From the NCBI GenBank assembly GCA_001949185.1, contig BDGG01000022.1:186001-250000 (forward strand): DNA of 64,000 nt, read 5' to 3'. The stretch is from Ramazzottius varieornatus. Its lineage: Eukaryota; Animalia; Tardigrada. This document shows positions 37,381 to 51,627 of the stretch, piece after piece; within the stretch, counting starts at the first letter, position 1; every line of letters begins with the position of its first letter. The notes under the pieces were generated by a model. The model ran no database searches, was not told the origin of the DNA, and was given only the letters and a program-made list of their open reading frames with translations. The translations under genes were made by a program, and so were the position numbers.

Positions 37381-40062
37381 CTAGAAATCCTGGTTGGCGG
37401 AATAGGCGGAATTGCGGCTATTCAGGCTGGCTCGTTCGTCAGCCAGCGTGTCTTCCCCTTGCGTCTTGGAGCGCACACAGGGCAGCTTCAGGTACATGCC
37501 CAAGTTCATGTTGGGGCGGTCGCCCTTGACAGTGGGTAACTGTAAGGGAATGATCAGGCTGTCGTTATTACCTTCCTGACCTTCCGAGCCCTGGCCCATC
37601 TGCGAAGTGCTCAAGAATCGGCCCAGCGGCGAAGCGCGGCTGTGCGGCGTGTTCTGTCCATTGGCACCTGACTCAAACTCTGGCGGCGTGGCTGAAAGTC
37701 CAGCCGAGGCAGCGTAATTTATGAGCGGCGGAGGCTGCTGTGGAAAGGGCGTCTGGCCATAGGCTTGCATGGGGCTTGGGTAGGAATAGGCCGCTGGCTG
37801 CTGCTGCAGGCAGCTGCCGTAGCCCAACTGCGCCATCTGATACTGCCCCTCCTACAACACAGAAAAGGAAGAAGAAAGTCGTGGCGTCTCTTCATGACTT
37901 ATGAGCCCTGACTTACCTCGGGAAGGTACATGGGTTGAGTGAAGGAAGTCGGGGGGTACATGTTGAGGAAATGAGGCGGGTACTCGTAGTGGGGCTGGCC
38001 GGGATGGGCCATCGAAGGTGGGTAGGTGCCTGCCTGTCCCGCCTGCATCAGCCGTCCCACATTCTGTGGCGGTTGCTGTTGCGAGCCATACAAGGATGCT
38101 TCCCCGGCTATGTGGGGCTGTGCGAACGGCATGTAGTAGGCATAAGGCGCCGCGCCGTAGCCGTAGGATGGGCCACCGTAGCCACTATTCATGTTTGGCA
38201 ACATTGAGCCCTCACCGTAAGGAGGCCCCAGAGAACTAGCCTCATAGTTCGCTGCTATCATGGCTTGTCCTGTCAAGAAAAAGCACACAACTGGACAGTC
38301 TTCAAGCCGGAAGGCATTCATTATACACACGTTCCACAGTAGTCACAGCGGCAAGATCTTATATTATGAGCAAAATTGCTATTTTCTGCCTGCATACCAG
38401 TATTGTCGTTATACAGCGGCATCCGGCTTGTGCGGTATTGACCACTGTAGTTCCGTCCACTTGGCCCTGCTTCTCGAGATCCACTAAAGTACTGCTTACG
38501 ATTAGTGACAGACAAGTTGCCTCCATCGGCTCCCTATCAATAAGAAACCATCCCTGCCACATCCGTCATCTCTTGTAACAAGACCATATTGTACAATTGG
38601 AAAGACAAAAGGCTAAAAGGGCGGCAGCTACACTCACTTCCGACTGGCCAAAGATGCGCTGGCGAACTTGGTCGTAATTGGCTTGGCGTTCTTGCAGGGA
38701 CAGCGACTGGACAGTGGGGCCGGTAGCTGCCTGCTGCCCCTTAAAGTGTCCTTCCGACAGACCCAACTGCGTCTTGGGCCGCTGCAAAATACCCTTGCCC
38801 ATCTCCGCCTCTTCCGGCACCGGCTCCGGCATCTCTCGGAATAGGTGATCCGGCCTACAAACAGGCAACCAACACCCAGTCAACAGTGCTCAAGTCCATC
38901 ACACCACCAAAAAAACTGCAGCATGAGGCAGGAAGGATGTAAAGGCGGTTGAGACAGTACCCGAAAGAATGATTGTCCCATTTCTTCCAGTTGGGCTCAT
39001 CTGGAGAGTCAGTAACTATCTCTGGCTTACCTGGCGCTACGTGGAGTCAACTTGAGGGAGACGCCTTGTCCTTGGCTTCCTTGGACATAGCAGGTATTGT
39101 GTTCGATATCCCAGACTTGGGCCATACGATGCAGCAGCATGCGGTAGTACGAGTTGAGGGCCTGGCTGACGCGCAGCTCCTCATCGTTGCTCTCTAGCAT
39201 CTCCTCTAGCATCTTCTCAAAGCGCAGCATATTCAGCCGGTCCTGCGGCTGTTGATGCCACGTGCTGATCAGGAAGTCCAACATACTCCCATCCTTCTTC
39301 GCCAGGTCATCTGTAACAGACCACCAATAATATACGTCGACCAGCATATACAGCCATGCTGTACTTCGGTTACGTCCCCAAGAGGGACAACTGGCGGAAA
39401 ATGATGTGGGTTGGGGGGCCACAGCCTACCTTGAAGAGACTCCTGGACCGACAGAGAGCCCATGTAGCGACTGAGAGCTTCCGTGTCGCAAATGGAGGAC
39501 GTTTCTTCTGCAAAGGGTACAAACGATACCACTGGAGGAGGACAAGCGTGAGTGAAAGGCTTGACGAGCTCACCGGTGGACATGCTGGAGAAGGCCAGTG
39601 AGCCCAGGTGTCTCGGCGTGGGGATCGAATCGTGCCGTCGACTGTCTGCATTACCCAAGTAGTTGTTAACTATCTGCATACTGGCTACCGGTACAGCTCG
39701 TCCCGAGGATGCAGCCTCTTCACCCGCACTGCTTGAAGTCCGATGGCCACCACTCCGACTCCATTCTCTCCTTTCATTCTACAAACAAACATTCGTCAGG
39801 AAGATATACAAGGTAATAGGACCTTCCGCGCCATTCTCACTTCAGCCAGAGTGGGAGAAATGATGACAGGTACGGGCTGGCCCGCACCTCCTAGTTTCGA
39901 GCGACTCTGCGGCAGGTATGGCTTTTGTGGAAACTGCTGCTGCTGCTGCGGAGAGTGGTGAAGAGGAAGAGAAAGGGCTGCTTCTTCATCGGATAGCTCC
40001 ACTTCATCCTGCTTTTCCAGCTTGTAATTCTTGCAGCGCACCTCTGAACCTGGGTCGGCCAT
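37381..40062 (-). CDS. R3H-SUZ domain RNA-binding protein (R3HDM1/2, ARPP21, encore family)
   Basis: DRLNMLRFEKML...LNSYYRMLLHRMAQVWDIEHN (R3H), GILQRP...SLQERQANYDQVRQRIFG (SUZ), Y/Q/P-rich tail. Confidence 0.88.
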
Positions 40063-40787
40063 GATCTAACCGAACCTCCTGAAAAGACACAGAACTATAG
40101 GATGGCTGATACGTGCCAGAGATGGATCACATTGAATGGCAAAGAACAAGAAGTCGAGCAGCTGTTCCTGTGAATCACATCCCTATCCCGCAGGCGCAGC
40201 TGAGCTGGCTGCAGAAGTCGAACAGCAACAGCGGTGGACGGGTGATTTATTCAGCCAAATGTCGAAAATCACGGGACTGCCACCTACGGCCTGTCGAGAA
40301 CCGGTGCGACAGGCAGTGTTGTCATCAGTGCGCGAATTCTGCCTCTACTGAACAAGAGACCTGGTGTTCGAACTACATTCGGAACAGTAATTTTCATATG
40401 AAGAATATTGATCTGATATAGACTGATTGCCGTTCCAAAGTTGGGCTGCGCTTGAGGTTGCAAAGCCGTTCCGTGGTTTGAATAATTCACTGATTAAATC
40501 ACCCGTCCACCGCTGAAGAGCAACACATGCTTTTGTGGAGGCCACTGCTTGCTGATCTAGATAGCGCCAAGATCTTTGGCGTGGCATAGGCTGTCTTCAG
40601 CGAGACCTAAGAAAACTACTGACGTCACTCGATTTCGTCACATAGTAATTAGTTAGTTAAGTACTAGCAGACTCTGGTACTAGTACATATCGGGCTTTCC
40701 AGCTGACAGCCTGATGCACTCATTTTTCACTTCTGCTAACCGGTGCTCTTGTTTTCTTCTCATCCTTGGCGACTATCACGGTTAGCA

Positions 40788-43417
<2,630 letters not shown>

Positions 43418-43601
43418 CGGGTACTTGACACCCAGTGCTATTCTTTTTATCCATGTTAGCTTTCGCTTTGGCCGCGCAGGTCCTCTGCCTGACCATGTCG
43501 CTACTTTCTTCTGCTGATATGATGGCCTCGGTGGGTCAGTTCGAATATAAATAAACTTGACAATCACTGATCGATTTCTATTGTCGACTGGCTAGGTATT
43601 G

Positions 43602-46067
43602 CAGTGGTGGCCAGAAACACAACCACAGTGCTAAAGGCGGAAAAATAGAGGCAGCTCTGCTCCTTTTGACATTACTCATTACATTACATAAATCTGACAT
43701 AGCTTCATAAGGTAGGACTTAGATACTACACTCCACATAGCCCCACATTACACTAAGACATTACATTACATCACATCACATCCAACACCACCAACATGGC
43801 GTACACCAGTACGATTAGCACATCCCCGTCAAACATTGCATTACACATCAAGAATACGTCAAAAGGTACCTAGCATACTCGAGGTACATAGACCATTTCG
43901 GTCCTTACATTACGGGCTAACATTACAAAAAAGACATAAGATTATTATGTCTCTCTCCAGCTCAAAGGGAAACTATCCCAGAAAAGCAGACCAAAAGCCA
44001 GCCACCAATGATGGTAGAAAGACTAGGCGAACGAACTTATATCAGCAAACCCTACGATATGGGTGCATTTTTAAGTTGCTGCACTTATTTGCAGAGAACT
44101 AATCAGCGAAAAATTACCAACTTTTGCAAACCGTAGCCCGTCACGCCAAAGTTTCTGACGGTAGAACCATCCGTGCACCGGTTAGTTAAACTTAAGCAGC
44201 CGAAGCCCGCTCTGACATTTGTTTGATTTATCAAAGAGAAAGGCATGAAAAACGATGAATCATAATGCCACTAGTCAAAACTAGGATTCAATCTCGGTAC
44301 GGTGCAATCAATCCAATAGTGGAAAAAAGCGATTTTGTATTTGATCAAACCGATATCTATCATACTATAGCTGTATATAAAGGATTATGCCGGGTATATT
44401 ATTCATCGTGAATAATAATCGTTCACTGAATCTGAATCCGCTCCCCTAGGAATTTCCTGAGCTTACATGTACACTATGAAAGATGGTCGGTAGAGAAACT
44501 TAGCATTTCACGTTTCTGAAGAATTTCATGTCGCCTTGTTAGGGGTTTGACGTAACGTAATGCTACGTTACATCTAACACCAACCCAAAAAGTCGCATTC
44601 CTACTGCTTTTTGGACATGTTTCAGTTAGCAAGAAATACTCCACACAGGACGCTACACTCGGCGACTGCGTTACTGTTAACCGAATACGATATTAGGTTA
44701 ACCGAATGTAGAACAAAGAGCCGAAGTAGGGGTGTTGATTTATTCTTGTCCGCTTTGCGTGCGTTAGGCGGAAACACAAGACTTACCGACGGGATGTTTT
44801 GATGGTTGCGTTAGAATGTTAAAATTCGACAACGGAAAACGGTCGCGTAACCTCACAAAGAGGGAGTGGTGCTACATAAGACATGCAAAAGATTTGTCAC
44901 AAGTTGGTAGTGGCGGTATCGTTGTTGCGAAGCCACGCTGAGTTATCTTCAAAATTCACGACGTTTTCATTTACCGAAAATGCATTTGGGTCACGCAAGT
45001 GAATTTTTCCGTTTTCTCAAGTGATGTTCGTTTTATTGTCGTTCGTCTTTGCATGTAGCGCTTGGTGTAATGGGTAAAAGCTCTCAGGTTCATCGAACTG
45101 AATATTTCTATTATCACGTAGTATTACTGGGGTGAAAGATGCTGAAGTCCTCCTCGTGCTCTTATCACTTTATCAGTCTTCATTAACGTAATGTTCGAGC
45201 CTAAGGTAATGTTTGTAAAGTTTTTCCCCATGCTCCCACGCTCAGTCCTTCCTGCTACTATATCTTACTCAGCAATGTATGACCGTAATGTAATGTGATG
45301 TGTAATGTCATGTGCCCGTGATAAAATGGGTCCTTCTGCTCGTTCTTTCTGTCTTCCTTCTTACTGTAATGTAGGAGCGTAATGTTTGTAAAGTTCTTCT
45401 CTGTGCTCTTTCGCCCAGCCCTTCCTGCTACTATATCCTACTCAGTAATGTATGACGGTAACATAATATGATGTGTTATGTAACGTGTCCGTAATGCAAT
45501 GCGTCCTTATGCTGGTTCTTGCTGTCTTCCTTCTTACTGTAATGTAGGAGCGTAATGTTCTTAGGGTTTTTCTTTGTGCACTTCTCTGGTCAACCTTTGT
45601 CACTGTGAGTTATACAGTACACATTCAACAGTATCATCTGCAATGTATCCATCCTTATAAGGATATTGCAGACCGTTACGTGCAAAATATTTGCTCTTAT
45701 GGGCATTTCACAAAGTGATGTAAGACCGTGATGTTTGAAAAGTTCTTCCGTATGCTCTGTCCTGCTGTCCTCCCTGTTACTGCATTTTACAAAGTAATGT
45801 ATGAGTTTAATGCTCTTAGAATCCTGCTTTGTACCCTTCTCCTGCCATCTTTCTTACATATACGTACGTATACATATACACAGCATCTATATTACACAGT
45901 ATCATGTGTAATATATTCACTCTTATGGGGTTATTACGCAGCATTACGTTAAAATATTGCTCTTAAGGAAATAATTGTTGTAATGTAGGATAGTAATGTT
46001 ATAGGGATTAAAGCTTCCTGTATTTTTCGCCCTTTAGGGCTTGTGGTTGTGTTTCTGGCCAACACTC
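43602..46067. mobile_element. Non-autonomous hAT-type DNA transposon, about 2.47 kb
   Basis: About 55-bp imperfect TIRs (CAGTGGTGGCCAGAAACACAACCAC... / revcomp GAGTGTTGGCCAGAAACACAACCAC...), 8-bp TSD aggtattg / aggtactg, ACATT motifs on the left mirrored by AATGT on the right, no transposase ORF. Confidence 0.88.
45207..45965. repeat. Diverged tandem duplications inside the hAT element (two ~172-bp units plus partial copies)
   Basis: gtaatgtttgtaaagtt...cttcctgctactatatc...ctgtcttccttcttactgtaatgtaggagc at about 45207 and 45379, a related start at 45728, and a second repeated block at about 45611 and 45878. Confidence 0.85.
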
Positions 46068-46687
46068 AGGTACTGTGTTAAGCTGCTGCAGCTGCAGCAA
46101 TTGCTCCTTCAGGTTGCGAGGAGAATGGTGCGTCAACTTCCGCCGGAAATATATGCAGTCATGTGAGAGGGTTCAGAGTAATCATAATGGGTTACAGGAA
46201 TTGGGCAAAGGGAAGGGTGAATACTAGTATGTATTTGACAATAATGAGCTGATGGCAGATGTCTGTAGCGGAGGTTGCTAACTTAGTAGGGCAAAAGTAA
46301 GTGCTGGGTCGCCGTTTGCGTCATGGGGTCCATAGACTCGCGCAGTGCATGCAGACGGTTGTGCCTGGCGGACTTGTCGAGCACAGGCCTCTCTGCCCTT
46401 TTACCAGCTACCAGGAGGAGAATATGGACCTGCACCTTCTCCAGAGCTACAGCTGGACAACAAAAGGGAGATATGGGTGCTTAATTACCCACTAGGAAAG
46501 TGCCGCTGGCAGCAATATTCGGCGGTTTATGTGTACGCACCTAGATACACAATTGCTTCCCTGATCGGCACTCATCGTCGCCAACGTAAGAGGATCTGAC
46601 CAGAATGGATAAGGAGCGCCACAGGATGGGACACCTCCATCGAGCAGCCCCAATTGACGCTCTTAACGATTATGTGCCCCTCATAAT

Positions 46688-46728
46688 TGACTCACCTCAA
46701 ACAGCATCCCTTCTCCAAGCACTATATA
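46688..46728 (+). promoter_or_regulatory. Putative AP-1 site and TATA box of the peptide-precursor gene
   Basis: TGACTCA at 46688 and TATATA at 46723, about 240 nt upstream of ATG 46966. Confidence 0.45.
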
Positions 46729-46965
46729 GCTCAATCCCTTACTTCTATCTCGTTGGTAATTGTTGGTAAAGTTTGTTGAATTATCGCTTCCGTTTCCGCT
46801 GCCAACCCCTCCGCCATCTTGCAAAAGATAGAGTCCTTTTTATTCAGCACACGGCGGGCGTTGATTTTACGCTTCGATTTCGGCGTCGGAAGTTACCGCC
46901 AGAAGTTCTTCAAGTTCTCCATTATTGATACGTATCGACAAAAAGCCGAATCAACGTTGGCGAAT

Positions 46966-47597
46966 ATGGCACATTCCCCATTCTTCAGCGCGTTTTTCCA
47001 GGCGACCTTTCCTGCCTTGCTGATGCTAGTGATGTTACTCCTTCTTTCGGCAAATTCTTCACGTTCCGTCTCAGGTACCTGGACATTTCCCATCTAACGC
47101 AGACGTAAATGTGAGGTGAAAGGTTGATGGTGTGTTCCTAAAACAGACCTTTAGTAAGATAATTTCCGCGGTTGAAACAGAAAAGTGACGGGAAGTGTGG
47201 CGAAAGGCCACCTCCACAGACTGTGTCGTTTTTTATTTGTTGGCTATTTTTGCCAAGATATTAGCATGAGTCGATGTTTTTCATAGTTGGGGCCTACGCA
47301 ATGGGAAGAACTGACAATGGGAGACTACAGTATGAAGCGGAGGTTGACGAGGCTGGCTGGGAATCGGACAACGGCAGCGAGAGGCAGTTGTTCCATCGGA
47401 TGAGTCGGGTTCCCGGGCCGCAGCGGCTAGCGGGCAGAGAGGACTCGTACCAGCAGGCTTCCAGCGACCAGCGCTACACCCCCGCCTACAATTACCTGCG
47501 AACCTTGACAAAGCGGCGCATGAATAAGATATCGTGTCTCAAAAGCTGCGTCGGCCAGCACGTCTTACATCCGATACAATGTCATTCCCTTTGCTGA
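46966..47597 (+). CDS. Secreted neuropeptide-like prepropeptide, 139 aa (exons 46966-47074 and 47287-47597)
   Basis: Hydrophobic signal FPALLMLVMLLLLSA, phase-1 intron, acidic spacer, KRR convertase site, C-terminal MNKISCLKSCVGQHVLHPIQCHSLC*. Confidence 0.85.
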
Positions 47598-48002
47598 AAA
47601 TAATGCCGACCACTTTGTCATGCGGGGGACCCTCCGTGGAAAGCCGCTCTATCTCCGCTAATAATAACTTGTTGTTCGCGGCCATTTCTCTTACTTTACG
47701 CAATATGGTCAAGTCTCCTCAGCAGTCGCGTGAAGATTGCTCTGTGTACTGTGTTATCCACCTGTAAGTACCGCCGCTTTGTATAATATTCATTGCACCG
47801 TGCATGTTCAAAATACGTGAAGGGCTGATAAAAAGAAAGTGAAAAGGACCAAGTGACCTGGTACGCAGATGCAAGGATGACGCAGTCGTCAACTGGAAAC
47901 CAACCATAGACGATGATGCATGGGTCATGGACAAGATGAAAGACAAGAGTTAAAACAAGAGGTATGACTGAGGAAGCGCTGAAGCTACAAAGAAGACAGC
48001 GG

Positions 48003-50697
48003 TCACCACCAGATGAAGCTGGAGATGGAACGGGGCGCAATCTGAGCCACGAAGCTGCCGCGAACGCGTCTTCCGTCAACGATGCGCAGGTGAAGTGTAG
48101 TGCTAGACTTGTTTAGCACGACGAGGGCCAGACCTTTGTCCGGTCGTTCGGCCGTGCAGATCAGCAAGGACTTGGCCGGGTGGGAAGCCAGGCCCAGCGT
48201 CAAGATGGTCATGACATGCGGGGTCAAAACCGACTCGCCCTGCACCATGTACGAGCCCGCACTGATAAACTTGCTGCAATAGACAGAGAGGAGAGGCCGG
48301 TGAAGCAAGCAGGAGATGCTGACTGGTTATGTGCAGTACGAGCGTACCTAAAGTGGCCCAGAGCGTAGAACATGGGCTGCTTATAGAATTCGTCGGCTTT
48401 GGCGTTGACAATGATGGGGCTGTCGACAAAGTTGCTGGCCCAGTTGGGTCCCCCTTGGGTATCCAAGGCCAAGTTCCAGTCTATCCAGCCGCCGACGCCA
48501 TTCAGCAGGTTCTCCATAATGTCCGTGGCATAAGCTTCGGCGCGCGACCAGTCGCCCAGCACGACCTACCAAGGCATAGACAGCTGTTACAAGAGGTCGG
48601 CAAAGGCTGGTCACTGCACAGTACTGCACCTTTGTCTGCCAGGGCATGGAGCCTTCGCAGGCTTCGGTGCTGAGGAGAAACTTGTCAGGGTGGCGTTGGC
48701 GCGTTTTGGACAGCACACTGGCCGGAGTGATATAGTTAAAGTACCAGTGGACACCGATGCCATCGACGTATCGCGACGTGGCATTATCGGCCAGGACGGT
48801 GTCGGCCCACTTGGGCAGCAGGAAGCGCTGATCATCCATGATGATTAACTTGACCTTTCGTAGACCGGCATTGCTCAAGGCTGGACCAAGGTCTGTGCTG
48901 ATGAAGTCCCGTTGTGAAGTGGGGCTGAAGCCCATACTTTGAAAGGGAAATAGCGGGATGAAGCCATCAATGGGCTCGTTCTGTGCTGTCAAGCCCCAGA
49001 TGCTAATCTGCAGCCAGCGCCCAACTCGACGGACATGACATGACTTGACAAGTCAAAGAGAGAAGACTTACGTTATGGACTTGGTAGTGCTGGACGAACT
49101 TGACGAAATACTGCGCCCAGCTCTTGTGGTATCTGTCACCGGCTTGTCCTATCAGTTTGCCCCCTCCACTCATGGCTTTGTTCGTCTTCATCCAACCGGG
49201 CGCCGACCTACGTAAGACAATACACCATCAGTTCGCCGGTCCGCCTCTGCGCCTCTCTCCAAAACGTGTCATAATGATGTCACTGCTATCACCTATGAGC
49301 CAAGCAACAGGTCCTGGTCTTGGGCTTATTTGCTCATGGTACACTACGACATGTAGTAAGAATGCTTTAGCTGGTTGGACCATTACCAGGGAGAAGCCAG
49401 GATTTTGAGGGGTGTCTTGGTCATGCGTTGTATGCGATGTATCAGAGGTATTTTCATGTTGAGGTCTTCGCTGGTCAAGTTGAAGTGCTGCAGCTCAAAG
49501 TCACCCTCCACTTCGTCATACGAGTAGATGTGGGTGGAGAAGTCACAGCCCGCCATGGGAATTCTCATCTACGACAAGGACAGTCATATGTCGGCACGGA
49601 AAGGGAAGGCCGTGCAGTGGGGAGCCAAGGCATACCATGTTGTACTCTAGACCGCTGGGGCTGAAGTAGGAAGACAGGAGAGAGCGCTGGTTGGCCTGCG
49701 ACAAGCTGAGGATATTGATAGCCGCCGCGTCCGTCAGCGCACCCCCAAAACCCAGGATCAACTGTTGACCAGCAGCAGGACCAACGGTGTAGGTGACGTC
49801 TACCTCGTCGGCCGACTCCTTCCCTGCCTTCTCACCCTCCCACGAGGTGAACGAGCCTTCGCTGACCGCAAAACTGCAATCAGTCCAAAACCCCCCGATA
49901 AGACATTATCTAGTCAGCTTAGACTAGTGCTCTATATAACCGATGGCCATTCAGCGTTGACTGGAAGGCCAGGTAGATGCCGGCGCGGACGGGAGTGATG
50001 ATGGGCAGCTCGTCGCAGAAAGTGCTGTTGCAGACGCAGACATAACTGTCCCCTCCAAAGTGGCGCAGCCCACAACTCTCTTCCGCGTACCCCTTGGGTT
50101 GTCCTACAATAGGCAAACACCCATCTTAAGACCGCGTGGCGGACTGTACAGCTTGGTTCAAAGAAAGAGACGCACTATCATCCAGGACCGGAAGTTCTTT
50201 TCACACACATCTATATACCTCCATCTACGGTGGAAAAAGTAGTGCTAAACAAGGCCAGCAATGGGTCGTCCATCCATGGGACACCGATCCAGATCTCAAC
50301 CCTCAATACCTCACAAATCGCATGACAATATTAATATATTATACAGCAACTGTCGCGTCAATTACTTCCTTGTTCGACGCACTGATCATCAGCATGCGAG
50401 TATTGCCAGATGAACCACATTCTCAAGAGAAACATTTTCTCCCAAACATTTTTACTTTAGGATAAAAAGATCTTCTTGACAGATCTTTGCCAGCAGCAGG
50501 CTCTTTGAGTTCCGAGTGCAAGTAAACACAAGTTACACAAGGGGTCGAGGTACCCCACACAAACAGCTACGTATTCAATACATATGACTGCAAGTTGGGG
50601 CCATTAATCGTTACCAGGCAAAGGTGGACAAGGGTCGCAACTTACCTGATAGAAACAATAAGAGTAGTGGTCCCAGTATTCGTAGGTGCCTCTTCAT
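48003..50697 (-). CDS. GBA1: Lysosomal acid glucosylceramidase (GH30)
   Basis: Signal exon [17 protein letters not shown] (50646-50697), [39 protein letters not shown] (acid/base Glu), GIGVHWY, LLSTEAC (nucleophile Glu), [26 protein letters not shown]. Confidence 0.96.
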
Positions 50698-51627
50698 GCT
50701 TGCTTAGTGTAGCTGCACCACCAAGGGTCGTGTTGGTATCTGGTGAGGCACAGCTAGTCTCGAACCCACTTCCGGTGATCAAAACCAGCGGATAGGTCTA
50801 TAACGGTCCTTCTGCAGGTAAACAGCTCATGGTGAATACCCGTCTCGGTCTTGGTCGATCCGTCAACCTACTTAAGCTTCGTATGGTCAAGATGTCCACC
50901 ACTGTGCAGATCTAACATGATCCTCTTGTTGCTTGGAACAACAGAACTGGCTCTGACCTGTAAGAAAATCTTCGCGTTTCGCACAACGATTAGTTGTACT
51001 GTAATTCACTAAGTCAGTGTCGCACTCTTAGGAATGAGAGGACTTCTTGCCAAAGCAACCTTTGCGATAGCTGTATGGTTAGCCGAACGGTGATGTAAAC
51101 GGCAGTGCAGTTGACTCAGCTTGATCAAAGTCAGTCTTGGGGGGCGCAGTAGGCGTAGTTCTGTATTCCCTCGATAGTTTGGCGAATTACGTCATCATGC
51201 CAGTAAATTACACCCGCACTGGTATCTCTGATTGTTTGATTGTCAACCATCATTGCACTTACCTGGGGAGAAGTCTTTGATTGAACGTATAGATACTTTC
51301 CGTTCCCCGTCGGATTATATTTACCACGACAGTCACGTGATTCGCAGAACTTTCGAGGGAATACAGTAGTAGCCACAAAGTGTCTACCACTGCGCCTTTT
51401 CGGGTTGGCTAGTTGCCACTCGTATTTCTGAAGAGAACTTTCTTTCGCTTGTATGGATCCTCCGTTGAAGGCTGTGAAATCGGTTCACTTAGGATCACAA
51501 GGTGGCCAGTAATTTCCGGATGATTGTCTCTGGTCAGGGCAAAGTTTGGAAGTTGCAGCGCGACTGCTACCGAAGCGCTGAATTCATCGAGTCACATCGA
51601 CATCGTTCTTGTCCGGCGTTGTGCGAC

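Noticed and set aside
37670-37705. PAM2-like LSATPPEF in the R3H protein
   Set aside because: Lacks the conserved Ala and the terminal Pro of PAM2; too weak.
50219-50273. Alternative GBA first exon [18 protein letters not shown]
   Set aside because: Weak donor and poor signal peptide compared with exon 50646-50697.
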